Origin: Podarcis vaucheri | Taxonomy: Eukaryota | Reading direction: 5' to 3' (one strand) | Length of the DNA stretch: 64,000 nt | Assembly: GCA_965113315.1 (NCBI GenBank) | Contig: OZ220370.1 | Made by a program: the position numbers and the translations under genes | Notes under the pieces: generated by a model | What the model was told of the DNA's origin: nothing | What the model saw: only the letters and a program-made list of their open reading frames with translations | The model's database searches: none | Shown: piece by piece, positions 37,201-49,908 of the stretch | Position numbering within the stretch: the first letter of the stretch is position 1 | How the letters are laid out: every line of letters starts with the position of its first letter

Positions 37201-40070
37201 ACCCATGGATGGAGCTTTCTGTTTCTTTCCCAGAGTTAATAGCTAACTAGTGGTATATGCTTGCATTAGTTATAGTAAAGGTTCTGTAGACTTTTATGGT
37301 AGACAATTTCCTTCTGCTGTGGGAGGCAGTTCAGACAGTGTAGTTTTCCTGGTCCCTTTGCAATTCATTGCTCAGAGAGCAACACATAGTTGTAGGACAT
37401 GTGCAGTAACTGAGCTACAGGGCAAACTGGGTGCTCCCTGTGACTTTGCTAAATCTGACCACCCCTGGCATATCTAGTTATTGCTTCTGTTATCTAGTTA
37501 ATATGGCCTGCCAGAGGTTTGAAGGAAGTCCACAAGGAAGTGATAGCTCTCCTCCAATATTTGCCAAGTGGTGATTGTTATTAATTAGCTAAGCAGAGCT
37601 TGCAAGTTCTGAGGCACTTCTCCTATAGACAGACAGTGACTGCATTATGCACACAAAATGGCACCATCTGCACACAAGATGGAGGTACCAGGAGGCTTTG
37701 GAGGTGGGGGTGGAGCCCCAAGGCTTGCAGGAGCACACAAAAACCGTCAGGGTGGAAAACTCCAGTGGAGCAGGGGAAGAGACAAAAACCAGCTTATTGA
37801 GGACAGAACATGGTCGATGTGCATGGAATGCTGACTGACTAGGGGAAAAATTGAAGAGGAGGAGGAGGGATGTAATGGTGTATTCTGGAAGTGGGTGAGG
37901 TTTGCTGGCTGTAGCCCTGAACAGGAACTATCCACACTAAAATAGTACCTTTTCACTAGTGCCTTTTGAATATCAGGTGGTAGGGGGCAGAAAAATGAGA
38001 AATAAATACAAGCCTGCTTCTGTGTTTCCCAGAAGCATTGGCTTGGGAATGCCGGGAAATAAGAAACATAACCCACGTGTACAAGGCTTGGGAATTTTCC
38101 TTCCAGTTGCAACTGGGGAAGTCAGTGTCCAGTTGAACTTAGGAAACATCTATGTATCAGTAACTAATAAGCAGATTATTATGGCCTATGTTGCTACTTC
38201 ATAAGTTAAAAGATGAATTTGACACTGTCGGTCGTCTTTTCATGAATTGCACTGAAAAATCCTTTGTATGTTCTCGGGTAATTTGGACAGAAGAGCCTTG
38301 TAAACTGAAGTTATTGCAGGTTAAGTAAACAGGAGGGTTCCGTTCTTCATATTAGGCAAACTGGTGTAGTTCTGTTGACTTTAATGATGAAAGGGTCAGG
38401 TGCCAGGTGGGAATTAGCCAGAGTGGGGTTACTATTGTCTATTGGTACTCTAGGTCATAGCTGTCAACTTTTCCCTTTTCTTGCGAGGAATCCTATTCGG
38501 AATAAGGGAGTTTCCCTTAAAAAAAGGGAAACATTGACATCTATGCTCTAGGGAGAGAACATGGTACATATTTTTAAAATATTTTGCTGTAATAGCGTGC
38601 TCAGTTTCTTGTAATATAGAATATCTAAGGTCACTTGCAGATGGGCAATTTCGGTTTGGTGCCTTTCTCACTTTACCAGTTTTAAATTCCTGTTTCTGTG
38701 CTTTGAAACACAGCTGCGGCCATTGCCACCAGCCGAGCAGCTTTAATGAAAATTAATCATTTCACTGCAATGTCTTTATTGAAACTCGTAAGTTTAATAA
38801 ACACATTTTTGTATGTGGTTTTGACAAATATACACATTTTACAAGCCATTTGGAGAGTGACAGTTTTGGAGGAAGACTGTGTTTTAGATCATAATCATGT
38901 TTTGAAAATTGTGAATTAGGTAGATTTGCCTTTAAATACAAACTGAGTCAAATTTGTTCTCCATCTCATCTCCATCTCCATCCCATAAATAGTAAGCCTA
39001 TTTATTGAGCATTTCATCTGATTTCAGTGCATCAAGGAACTGTTATACCACACTTTCCAGTGCTTTTTCTCATCACTTTCCTTATCGCAAAAAAACACAC
39101 ATTTTTTTTGAGAGAAGTGGATTTGTTGTGTGAGACCTCAAAATCAACTTTAATTGCACAACCTGAATTTGCCAGTAAGTGGTTGAATCCCAGCCAAAAA
39201 TATGGTATTTTGTAAGCACCCTGTTTTTTGTTCTCTAACAGTGTTGCTACATGATTATAAGCAAAACATCCCACCAGCTGTTTGCTCATGAGCAAGGATA
39301 GCGCTTTTTCTGAGTTTCGCCCAAGATCGTTATTTGCATCCCCATGGCTGAGTTATTTATTTATTTGCTTGCTTATATATTTCACAAGATTAATCAGACA
39401 CCTTTGAAAAGTGATTGAGATATTTTATTGAAGAAAATGTAATGAACAGAAATTAACAATGCACACATACACACCTCATTTGGATAAATGTGAAGGTTGG
39501 AACATGATACATTTAAGAATCTCGAATGTCAGCATATAGTAGCCTTAAATAAGCACCATCCCTGCCTGCATAAGCATTTCATCCTCTTCCAAAGATCAGG
39601 ACAAGTTTTGTACCAGCTGCCCTGATGACGCTAAATCATAACCCCTTTTTGTCTGTTTGTCTGCAAGTTTTGTTTGCGGCATTATGCAACCAGCTTCTAC
39701 AGAAAGAGATAAAGTAACCTCTCCGTCAGCTCAGAAGCTTGGTCACTTATTTACTTACTTGCAATACATATATACATATATTTAACCAAATACCTAAGGT
39801 AAAAAACAACACAGAACATTCAAACAGATTAAACAACCATTGGTTTAAGCAACAGTTCCCATCCCATTTTTCACCTGTTACAGCCCACTCACTCCCCTTC
39901 TGCCTCTCACGCAAGGGGGGTTCCACTCTGTGACAACAGACTCATGCTGGGACTTTTGAGCAACTTAAGACCTTTCATCCCTATTCTGCAATCCATTCAG
40001 GCTCTCATCCTGAGCAGTATTTTTTAATACTTATGAATGGTTGCCTACAGGTATCCACCCCTTGTCTATA

Positions 40071-40323
40071 CAGTGGTGCCCCGCAAGACGAATGCCTCGC
40101 AAGACGAAAAACTTGCTAGACGAAAGGGTTTTTCGGTTTTGCGTTGCTTCGCTAGACGAATTTCCCTATGGGCTTGCTTCGTAAGATGAAAACGTCTTGC
40201 GCTTTTTTTAAAAAGCCGCTTGAAGAGGCGCAGTTGCGACGGACCGTGCTTCGCAAGATGAAAAACATCGCAAGACGAAAAGACTCGCGGAACGAATTAT
40301 TTTCGTCTTGCGAGGCACCACTG
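40071..40323. mobile_element. MITE family B, in the probable CYP7A1 3' UTR region
   Basis: TIR CAGTGGTGCCCCGCAAGACGAA...TTCGTCTTGCGAGGCACCACTG; TA TSD. Confidence 0.87.
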
Positions 40324-40784
40324 TAGAAGCAACTGGGCAAAAAAGCAAACACAAAATAAAGAGATGGTGTCAATAAGGCCCAGATGCTTTTTCTCTCCCC
40401 TTCTCAATCCTGACAAAAATCACAGGCCTCAAAATCAGTAGTGGGATATACAGGTGGATTTGCTGGTCTCTTCCATCTCTCTTGTCCTTACTAGCCAGCA
40501 CAAAACTGTGTTCTCCGAACACACATTCCTCACATTGACACCCCTACTATGACTCAAAAGCTCCACTGGAGACCCAGCAGTAGCACATAGAGTAGATATG
40601 TATAGTATTTCTTGTTATTTTTGAGCCTATAAAAAAAGGAAACATTTTCTATACAACCATATTAAGCAACATAGTTTCTCCCAGCCCTCATTATTCCTCC
40701 TAATGCATTCCATTGCCATCACTGCATGAATTTTTTTACCCCTGTGGGGACCAAATACATAAACAACATTTTTCTTCCACACAT

Positions 40785-41084
40785 TCATAGGCATTTTAAT
40801 CTGTACTTGAAATCAATGTCACTTGTAGGTTGTAAAACACCAAGTCCAACCCGCGATTGGTCTGAAGACGGGCATGTCACATTCTTGTCAAGAAGCTCCA
40901 CTTCAAAATAAGATAGCAATAAAGTCAAAAATTGTTTAATTTCATGAACGGCCAATAATCTTCCAGGACATTTTGCAAGTCCCATTCCAAAAGGCATATA
41001 ATAATATTTTAATTTGCGACCATTGTGGTAAAAAGTGGTCTTTTCCTTTCCATTTTCCTCAAGATAGCGGTCATATTTGTATGT
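40785..41084 (-). CDS. CYP7A1: CYP7A1 exon 6 (TYKYDRYL...CPGR...YRLKCL*)
   Basis: Inside ORF 40785..41102; tttgcag acceptor; contains the heme-binding Cys. Confidence 0.97.
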   Translation of the reverse strand, partial: TYKYDRYLEENGKEKTTFYHNGRKLKYYYMPFGMGLAKCPGRLLAVHEIKQFLTLLLSYFEVELLDKNVTCPSSDQSRVGLGVLQPTSDIDFKYRLKCL

Positions 41085-41824
41085 CTGCAAAAAAAAGTCC
41101 AAAATAATGCAGTTTTAAACTCAACATCATTTAGGAAGCATAGGATTATTTCAGATTTGCAAATGAAATATTAATGTGTGTTCATCTTCCTTAATACTTT
41201 AAATTGGATTTGTATACGAGTTCCTCCAAAAGCTTGAGTTGCCAAATGTTCTACCATTCTTTTTCAATAAAGATAAAATAAATTCATCTCAGTTAATTAT
41301 TGAAATACAAAATAAATTACAGCTAGCAGTTCTGTAATTATTAAAGTATTAATCAACTCTTTTGTGCTCATGAAATTGGAAAAGGAGAGGGAACATTTTT
41401 AATCATAATTTTTTTACCAAAGTTTCTGCTTGTTTGGCATACAACTGCTGCTGCTAAATGTTCCTTCCTTGCTTCACTCCAGAATGCCTCTTTTAAAGAG
41501 CTCTGGAATTTATCTAGCAAAAAACCAGCACTTGTGTGCAATAAGAGGCAACAATATTGATGTCAAGTGGTTGGCTGCAAGCACTAAGGCAATTCTGCTG
41601 AGGTGTGCAGTTTTGTTTTGAAGCTGTCAGTTACTCACCAGGGGATCAGAGTAGATTTCTGGATCAAAATGCAACAGCTGGGAATAAAGAGCTATGGTGT
41701 CATCTTTGCGGATATTGTAGGAGTTGCTGTCTAATTGCAAAACGAAATCTTCCTTAGCAACTCTGACTGTCATAGATGCACTGGAGAGCCTTATTGCTTC
41801 CTTGATAACACTATCTGTGTAGGA

Positions 41825-41876
<52 letters not shown>

Positions 41877-44800
41877 AACCGTCAACCTAGATACAGTATA
41901 CACAGGTGTGCTGCTGCTCAGATTGCAAAATTCAAAGTAATGTGATTGACACAAATAAAAGAAAGTCAATGGGGAGAACAACAAAATTCCTTGGAATTTG
42001 TATGCTTCCACCAAACGCTATTGTAGTTAGAAAGAAACTGATTGTTGTCACATATTTAGGATAATGTGACTGTAACTAAGAGCATTAGAGAACTGATCAG
42101 TTTCAATCATATAATGGTTCCTAAATATTGGAATATGTTATTTTATCGTTAGTATGTAAAAGTAGAGGATTCAGGTTAAGCAACTATACCTAATATAGGC
42201 ATGTCATCCAGCTGTTTGCGGTTCAAAGAAATAGGTTTCTTGGTCGAGTCTATCTTTATCTCAGCATCTTCTAACACCCGTTGCACCTCTTTAATAGCTG
42301 CTTCCATTGCTTTTGGATTCCTGAAATTAAAAAAGTACAATTTTTAAACTTTTTTTTTTACTTTTACTCTTTTACCTGAAACCATAGTACAATTATCACT
42401 ATAATCTAGTCCATGCAATTAGTGCAAGAAAAAGAAACTGCAAGTCATTGTCTGCAGGTTCATCCAAAAGCAGGGAAGAGTTGCAGGCAGGCCTGAATTA
42501 TCAAGGATGGCATGATCATCTAGTTGTATCTTGGAGGCTTTGAGAGATCCAAGCTGGGATTGCCTGCTCTAGGTACCCTGGCCCTAGCACTGAATGTTGT
42601 CTTTCATACCAACTCAGTATGAAATGACCACTTTGAACCACACCCTCCAAACATGTAACACCTACCTAAGTAACTTGCTTTTGGCCGAACCCTCATGCCC
42701 ATCCCCACTCCTGGGAAATATACAAGCAGGACATCAGGGCAATAGCCATCTTCAATTACAGTTGTACCTCAGGTTATAGACGCTTCAGGTTACAGACTCC
42801 ACTAACCCAGAAATAGTACCTCAGGTTAAGAACTTTGCTTCAGGATGAGAACAGAAATCATGTGGTGGCGCGGCGGCAGCAGGAGGCCCCATTAGCTAAA
42901 GTGATACCTCAGGTTAAGAACAGTTTCGGGCTAAGAACGGATCTCCGGAACAAATTAAGTTCTTAACATGAGGGTACCACTGTATTTGTTTGTCCCCGGA
43001 ATCTAGTTTTTAGATGTGCATCGCTTCTGAACATGGAGCTACCATAACTAAGGACAACTCTGGGATAGCAGAGGGAGAGGTAAAAAGAACAAAAGAAATA
43101 AAGGTGCAGTCTTCACCCCACTCACCTGGGAGTAAGCCCCATTGAATTCAATAGGACTTACTTTTGAGTAGACATCATTAGGCTTGCACTGTCCAAGACC
43201 AGTACAGGGAAATGCAGCTCATGAGCAGCGACATGTCCACCATGTTATGTTCTATCTGGTAAATGGTAAGCCAAAGTCTGTAGCATGGGAAATGTAGCTA
43301 CTTACCTAATAAGAAAGAATAAAGTCCAAAAGGTTGCAGGTATTGTGTTAGACTGTGAAGCCCACAGAACTGCAAGGTGGGTCTTTGCTTTTTCCTTTTC
43401 ATCAAAAGTGGAGAGAGTATCATTGAAGAACATGCGGAGGGAAATGAGCTCAGAGATGTTGTGTCTTTTTTTAAGGGTCTTGTGGAGCAGAGCATCAGCT
43501 AGCTTCTCTCGTGCACTGTGGGCACTTTTGAACAGGTGGATTGGTAGGCCTGCCACAAGGGCCGGAAAGACTTGGTCAAATACCTTGAAGTTCTCCAGGG
43601 TACTGAGGATAAATGCTCTGTGGGCTTCTTGGTTGGCAGAAAGTCCCTTGTCATGGCCCACTGAGTTAAAATCTGTGCCAAACAGTGTTAGAAACCCAGC
43701 TTCAAACATCACACGGCAGCAGAATTCATAAAGTTTATCAGTTACCCAGTCACTGGAGTCAATTCTCGATGCATTTGGTTCTACCATGACATAGTGCAGG
43801 TTTTCCATCATGGACTCAGCGAGAAAGGTTAATGCATTACCCTGCAGGTTTCTAGTGAAGGTCTGGTGTATATTCTCAGTGGTGTTTCCATCATCTGGGT
43901 CAATACTACGATGTCCAAATGCCTGTTGTAAAAAAATGGGGAATGTTACAATTTATTCACAATTTATTATTTATCCGATCCCTTCCCCCTGCCCACAGCT
44001 CTGCCTGCTGGCATGTGGGAGCAAAATAGTTATTCAGGCAGGCAGGCACAGCCCTTTGCATCTCATAGGGTACCATTTATGAAAAGCATTCCACCTCTGA
44101 GGGTCTTTGTTGGGAGGCTGCACCTTGAGATACAGCTGAAAAGCTGTGTCTAAGCAGAAAACTGCCTGCAGCGCTTTGGATGCTGCCCTAAGTGAAGAAT
44201 AATTTACAAGTGAAATCAGAGGCAAAATATTTTCTCCATAATTTAGTACAGGAATAGAAATCATTAAACATGGATGTTGATGGATGTTGACAGATAAAGT
44301 ATGACCACTTAGAACCCCTATCCAGTATCCATTTAAGGCTTTGTAATTGTCTCCAAGAGGAGTTGGAACAGGCTGTAGTTTTGCCAAGGAGGATGGCAAA
44401 ATGATATTAAGTACTAAATTTGAGAGTAATCCTAAATCTTTTCTTCCAGATTTCGAAATCCATCATCTTAATAGCTGTCTGGTGAAGACGGTTTATGTTT
44501 TAAGGAGGACAGTGAAGCCAATTAACCGTACAAACTTGCTGTTACCAATACTGAGCAATGCACGCACAAACACACCCACCCACCCTGTAGAAATGTACTT
44601 CAGCTTTCATAATAACATTCCAAATTTCATAGAAGACAATAGATAAGGCTTGGACACTGAAGCAGTAATCCAGAGCATACTTGACTGGAAATAAGTACCA
44701 CTGAGGGCACCCTCTTTTCCATGCTTACTTTGAAGAAAGCCCTACTGGACTCATTGGGCCTTAATCTAGGTTAGCATGGATGGAAATGGAGCCTGAATCA

Positions 44801-47800
44801 ATCAGATTTAGGTCATGTTAAGACTCATCTGGTGGAAAGTTAATCTGTGCATTGTTGCTGCCAATATGTATTCATTTACTTCAAATTAAAATAAAACTTA
44901 CCTAGACATCAAAACAAATCAATTCATAGCAACTATATCATAAACTAATATCTATTCCAGCAATCTGTGGTTCACAATCCTATACATGTTACTCATGAGT
45001 AAAGCCTAGGAATTTAAATGGGGCTTGCTTACTGCCAAGTAAGTGCACAAACACTGCAGCTTGATTTTCTTAAATGGACCAATATTGATTCATTTAAATA
45101 TGTACTTAAAATCAATTTTCATGTACATTAAGGAAGGATTTAAGGCTCATTGTGGAGACAGTTATATTATTGAGATATGAATATTAAGGGAAACTAATTA
45201 CAACTTAATGAGAACCTTGGGCTCCACTTCCAATTGCACTTTAAAAAGGTAAGAAGGATCTCCCTTAGCTCCATTAGGATCTGGCATGGTTTGGCAGCCC
45301 CAGAAAGAAGAGGAGAAGGAGGAACATGGAGGAACAGATGGGGAGGGGAGAGGGCTGAATGGCTAACATGACTCCATATGAGAAAGAAGGGGTAGAAGAT
45401 TGGCTGGCTCTCTCCACCATCCCTCTCATGGAACACAGAGCTTCAGCAGGGAACTGGGAAGATTTGACCAGTCAGAGACAGAGGCTGATCAGGGCAAGGT
45501 GACATTGAAGCTGGAGACAGAGGGGCAGGACACAGTCTTGTCTCCAATAACCAGGTGCCACTATCATAGGTGGGATCAGGCACATCTGCACAGATGGATC
45601 ATCCGTGTGCAGACATGGTAGCATCATAGTGTGAGATAGTCTTGTGAGAGAGCTCACTCCAGATCTTTAAAAGTTGGTGGGAGGAGCACTTCAACTGTCA
45701 GGGCACGTTCATAGCTTCCATTCAGTTATAGACTTCTGGTCTCGCTCGTGTACCTTGGAAACTTGACTTCTGGAGCTTGGGCTTGCTGCCAAGCCTGCAC
45801 TGTTACTAGTCTGAGTAAAGATCATTTCAAGTAAGAGTCAATTTCGATCTGGTGGGTGGGGAACTTCCGGGCCCTAGGCCAAATTTGGCCCAGCAAGTGC
45901 CCCAGTTTGGCCTGTGACGCAAACTACGTCTCACTTGTAATGTCGGCTCAAATTTGCTGTTTGGTGGCACAACTTTTATATTGGGTATTTCTCCCTTCTT
46001 GGGGCATTTTAAGTTCAGTAAGCTGATATTTGTTTAGCTTGCTCTGTTGTTTTAAGATGCCCAATAGTCTATTTTTGTACATATTTTGTTGCTGCTGATT
46101 TTATTTCATATTCCATAATTCTGGTGTCTGTATAGATGAAGGATAGACCATGAATATTTTTAACAGGTAAAGTTAACTGCTACCTTTGCAGAGATTGCAA
46201 AATGGAACTTTTTCCAGTCCAGGTGTCTTCCGTGTCCCACCACTGCATGATATGAAAAGGGGTCAGTGAGAAAATGAACATATTTTCCAGCCAATTTGCA
46301 AGTAAAAATGGGACCATATTTTTTTTGTCTTGTCCTGAGGAAGTTGAGAGGATTGGCACCAAACTGCAAAGCACAGCCAAGATACGGCAGTAGCCCATTC
46401 TCCAAGGGTGGCTCACTTGGACGTCTGCAAAAGGCAATATATACAAGGTGAAGATTATGGCTGTAAATTAATATACGAGCTTCAAATCTGCTGTGCAAGA
46501 ATCTATTTATTACACACATCCATCACTGCTAGAAGGAATTGCCCTCCTCTGAGCAATAAATGCACTAAGAAGGCGGTAGATAACTGGCAAATAATGAGTT
46601 TGGTACAATACAGAAGCTTGTTATAGCCCTGATAATGAGAATGCATCAGACACACTGTAAATCAAATTTGATGAAATTTACCTTTGCTTTTAAACATATC
46701 ACTTCTACCTTGTTTACTCTTGGTTGGTGTGTCTCTTTATTTTAAATAGAAATTGTAGTTCATGGCAAACTATGTTTACCTGGATAAGTTTTATTACCAA
46801 ATGAATATTACAGAGCATGCATGTGTGTTGGGCAGAGTTGAGATATAAATACATATTTTTAAATGTATTTTCTATGTGAAAGAAGCCACCTCTGAGAGTC
46901 TGCTAAGCCCAGACTTGGCAGCTGGTTTGCTGCAATAGATGCAGTACCTGTTGGGTTTGAGTGCTCTGCCTTGTTTGCTCTTTGGAACAATAGATCTACT
47001 AGTATTGCTGCTGTGTGTGCGCGTCTGTGTAGAAATCAAGCCTGCCAGCTTTAACTGTGTTGACTGTTCTGCATATCTACTACTCAACTACTGCTCTGAT
47101 TTCAGAGCGAAGATTCTCGTGCAAAAGCAGCTGCTTGCATGTATAGCCAATGCACATGTCCACATTCACATTTTATTGCTAATTCAAGCCTCCTTGAACA
47201 GCCTGGTTGAATCTTTAGAAGCCTACACAGATGTGTTCTCTCCCACATCCAGTCATCAATAGTAATGCACATGTAAAACAGCAAGTAGGGAAAATTTAAT
47301 GCAGTATTGTGGAACGTTACTGATCATTAATCTCATGGGCAATCAAATAATCTGAACCCATCAAAGAAAGATAAACGAATTATTGTTGGCTTCTTTCACA
47401 CTTAGAGCTTCATATTTGAACCAAGGTTGTAATTTGGGGCAAGGAACGGAAAGCACATGCTGAATTGCTATGTCTTTGGATATATTCCTCCATTTGGATG
47501 TCTGCTACAGATTACATTTTAGTAGTACAACTTCTTATCGTTCAATAGAAAGCACACACAGATAACATTCATCTCTCTCTCTCTTTAATCTAACGAGCAA
47601 ACAACAGAAACAGTATAATGACAATGTAGGAAAAGTCATTAAGCATCCTGTTTACATTATGCAGACCAAACAAGCAACAGTGCTGGCCACTTCTAATAAA
47701 TTAGACACTCTTTATTCCAATTCCCATAATTAATTAGCTGACACAGATATGTTGCATGCATTTGTTCCTTTTCTTTATATTTATTATGTGCCTAGTTTAA

Positions 47801-48159
47801 GTAATTGGGAGCATCTCACCTTTTTTGGAAAGCATGTACACATAAAAAGTGAATCATTAAATAAATAAATAAACAAACTAGATACTACTAAACCAGACTG
47901 TTTTTCTTAAACATACTAATTTTATAAAATTATACATATGTTATATAATTATACACATTACTAATATATGAAAATATAATATATATCATTAATTTTAATT
48001 AACAAACACAAATGCTAATGTATTGTGATTTTAGAGAAGAAAACTTCATGAAATAATGTATGAAAACAATCCTCCTTACCTCCTCCTTATTCCCAGAACA
48101 AGCCATAGCATTAAGCACAGAATCACCACTATTCCCCATATCAAAAGCAATGAAACCAT
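40785..48159 (-). CDS. CYP7A1: Cholesterol 7-alpha-hydroxylase, whole spliced CDS: complement(join(40785..41084,41639..41814,42190..42320,43306..43922,46184..46424,48080..48159)), 1545 nt, 514 aa
   Basis: Six exons join in frame at GT-AG junctions. N-terminal TM anchor then GIRRR and EPPLENG; I-helix [10 protein letters not shown]; ExxR (KEAIR); heme motif [11 protein letters not shown]. Confidence 0.97.
41639..41814 (-). CDS. CYP7A1: CYP7A1 exon 5 ([13 protein letters not shown]...DPEIYSDPL)
   Basis: 176 nt; cacag acceptor, CTG|GTGAGT donor; ExxR motif. Confidence 0.96.
41823..41878. repeat. (GAAA)n(GA)n compound microsatellite next to the CYP7A1 exon 5 acceptor
   Basis: Seen directly. Confidence 0.95.
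42190..42320 (-). CDS. CYP7A1: CYP7A1 exon 4 ([12 protein letters not shown]...LDDMPIL)
   Basis: 131 nt; tttcag acceptor, G|GTATAG donor. Confidence 0.95.
42759..42982 (+). mobile_element. MITE family A in CYP7A1 intron 3
   Basis: TA-CAGTTGTACCTCAGG...GGTACCACTG-TA. Confidence 0.83.
43306..43922 (-). CDS. CYP7A1: CYP7A1 exon 3 (AFGHRSIDP...FWTLFFLI)
   Basis: Overlaps ORF 43302..43811 and extends to the acceptor at 43922; 617 nt; AG|GTAAGT donor. Confidence 0.96.
46184..46424 (-). CDS. CYP7A1: CYP7A1 exon 2 ([10 protein letters not shown]...HFAISAK)
   Basis: Inside ORF 46160..46519; 241 nt; cag acceptor, AAG|GTA donor. Confidence 0.96.
48080..48159 (-). CDS. CYP7A1: CYP7A1 coding exon 1 ([26 protein letters not shown])
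   Basis: 80 nt; AG|GTAAGG donor; hydrophobic signal-anchor. Confidence 0.93.
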
Positions 48160-48245
48160 TTCAGACAATTATAGTGAAATGTCAAGTATGAAACAATGGT
48201 TTACACTGAAGCCCGAGACTGATATAGAAGACGACAAAGGGCCAC

Positions 48246-48425
48246 TTTTTATATTCAGCAGGAACACCTGTTCACTTAACTGTACTTAAGTAACCCATGT
48301 AAGCTATTAATTAACCATTTCTGGACAAAATTTCTGTGCCTGCTGTTGGACCAAAATCTATGTAAAGACCAAGAGAGAATTGGATTAGATATCTGAGATG
48401 GTGGCCTTGAGCTGATAACCACAGT
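48246..48425 (-). promoter_or_regulatory. CYP7A1: CYP7A1 proximal promoter: TATA (48246-48253), DR4/LXRE-like (48281-48296), HNF1-like (48303-48315), LRH-1/NR5A site with an adjacent HNF4-like half-site pair (48402-48422)
   Basis: The minus strand reads TATAAAAA, GGGTTActtaAGTACA, GTTAATTAATAGC and TGGTTATCAGCTCAAGGCCA, in the same order as the mammalian TATA, BARE-I and BARE-II elements. Confidence 0.75.
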
Positions 48426-48851
48426 GTCTGTGAGTGGCCAAAGTAATCAAAGAGCTTTAATAACTGATAATGTAAAGGTCTCTCAGACATGTTTTGATCT
48501 ATTATATAGATTTAGCAAGTACAGTTTATAGTTCAGTTTTAGCTGTAAGTGAATTAGCTGTTTAATGACCTTACCTCTGTTGTGTTGCCAAGTTTTGATT
48601 TCAATTTTTTGTTGTTATGGAAACAGGAGTGGCTAAGGATAAAAGTGATAGGTTGGCATGGGTCCAAGATTCAGTTTGATGAGTCACAGGAGGAGCCTAG
48701 CTGAATTGCTGATGCACTGAAATACCAAAGTCATTGCTAGATTAATGCTGATGCAGGAGAAAAACATTCTCATGTAGCCAATAGTGCTTATCCTGTTGAG
48801 TTTGTTCAGCTAATTTTTTCTGATTAATTTCTGGAGGTGTAGTGAAACTGA

Positions 48852-49170
48852 GGGACGCGGGTGGCGCTGTGGGTTAAACCACAGAGCCTAGGACTTGCCG
48901 ATCAGAAGGTTGGTGGTTCGAATCCCCGCAACGGGGTGAGTACCCGCTGCTCGGTCCCTGCTCCTGCCAACCTAGCAATTCGAAAGCATGTCAAAGTGCA
49001 AGTAGATAAATAGGTACCGCTCCGGCGGGAAGGTAAACGGCGTTTCCGTGCGCTGCTCTGGTTCGCCAGAAGCGGCTTAGTCATGCTGGCCAATAAAGCA
49101 AGATGAGCGCTGCAACCCCAGAGTCGGTCACGACTGGACCTAATGGTCAGGGGTCCCTTTACCTTTACTT
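48852..49170 (+). mobile_element. Sauria SINE with an intact 5' end and a 36-bp internal deletion
   Basis: GGGACGCGGGTGGCGCTG head; TSD TAGTGAAACTGA at 48840-48851 and 49171-49182. Confidence 0.92.
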
Positions 49171-49874
49171 TAGTGAAACTGATGCTCATCACACTAGGAA
49201 AATATCTAGAAGCAACTAGGTAAATTATGATTACCATGAGCAATTCTCACTCCTTAGCATGCACAAACTTAGGAAGTGGCCATATTGTGGGGGTAAATAT
49301 GAACCGTTTGACCCATGTGTGGGGGGCGGCGGTAAAATAACAAAAGAATTGGATAGGTGCCTGGATTCAAAATGCGGGCTAAACTCACTGTCAAGCAGAA
49401 GAGAGCCTCCAGTAGCACAGTTTAAACTCTCAAAAGTTTAGCAGTATTAGAACATGGAAATATAGGTTGTTAGACCCTTTTATCCCACTTAGTTGCATAA
49501 ACACTCCCCTCTTTCTGCCTCTCCTGCAATGAACAGATCACACATTGTTAAGTAAGTTTAAAATTCTTTACTTACAAAACATTCCAAAGGTCAGGTTCAT
49601 GCATTTATCTAAGCAGCAAGGAGAACACAGGCAGAATATACAGAAATACAGCGTCAAACATGTGGTCTGAGCTTGCTTAGACATGTCTTCCTTGGTCAGT
49701 TACAAGATTGGGAAACTAAGATGACCTTAGAAATCCAAACCCAGGTGCAGAAATTGAAAATGTTGCTTTTAAAGAGTGATTTACTTACCAAAAAAAACCC
49801 TATAAGCTTTACAGACAAGCTTTTTAGGAAGCATATAACCCTTTCCCTCACATTGGTTCCAATACAAATACCAC

Positions 49875-49908
<34 letters not shown>

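Noticed and set aside
44804-44815. RORE-like AGATTTAGGTCA in CYP7A1 intron 2
   Set aside because: A single short motif expected by chance, with no supporting cluster.
45200-45870. Possible LTR in CYP7A1 intron 2
   Set aside because: The composition is suggestive, but I could not find TG...CA ends or a TSD.
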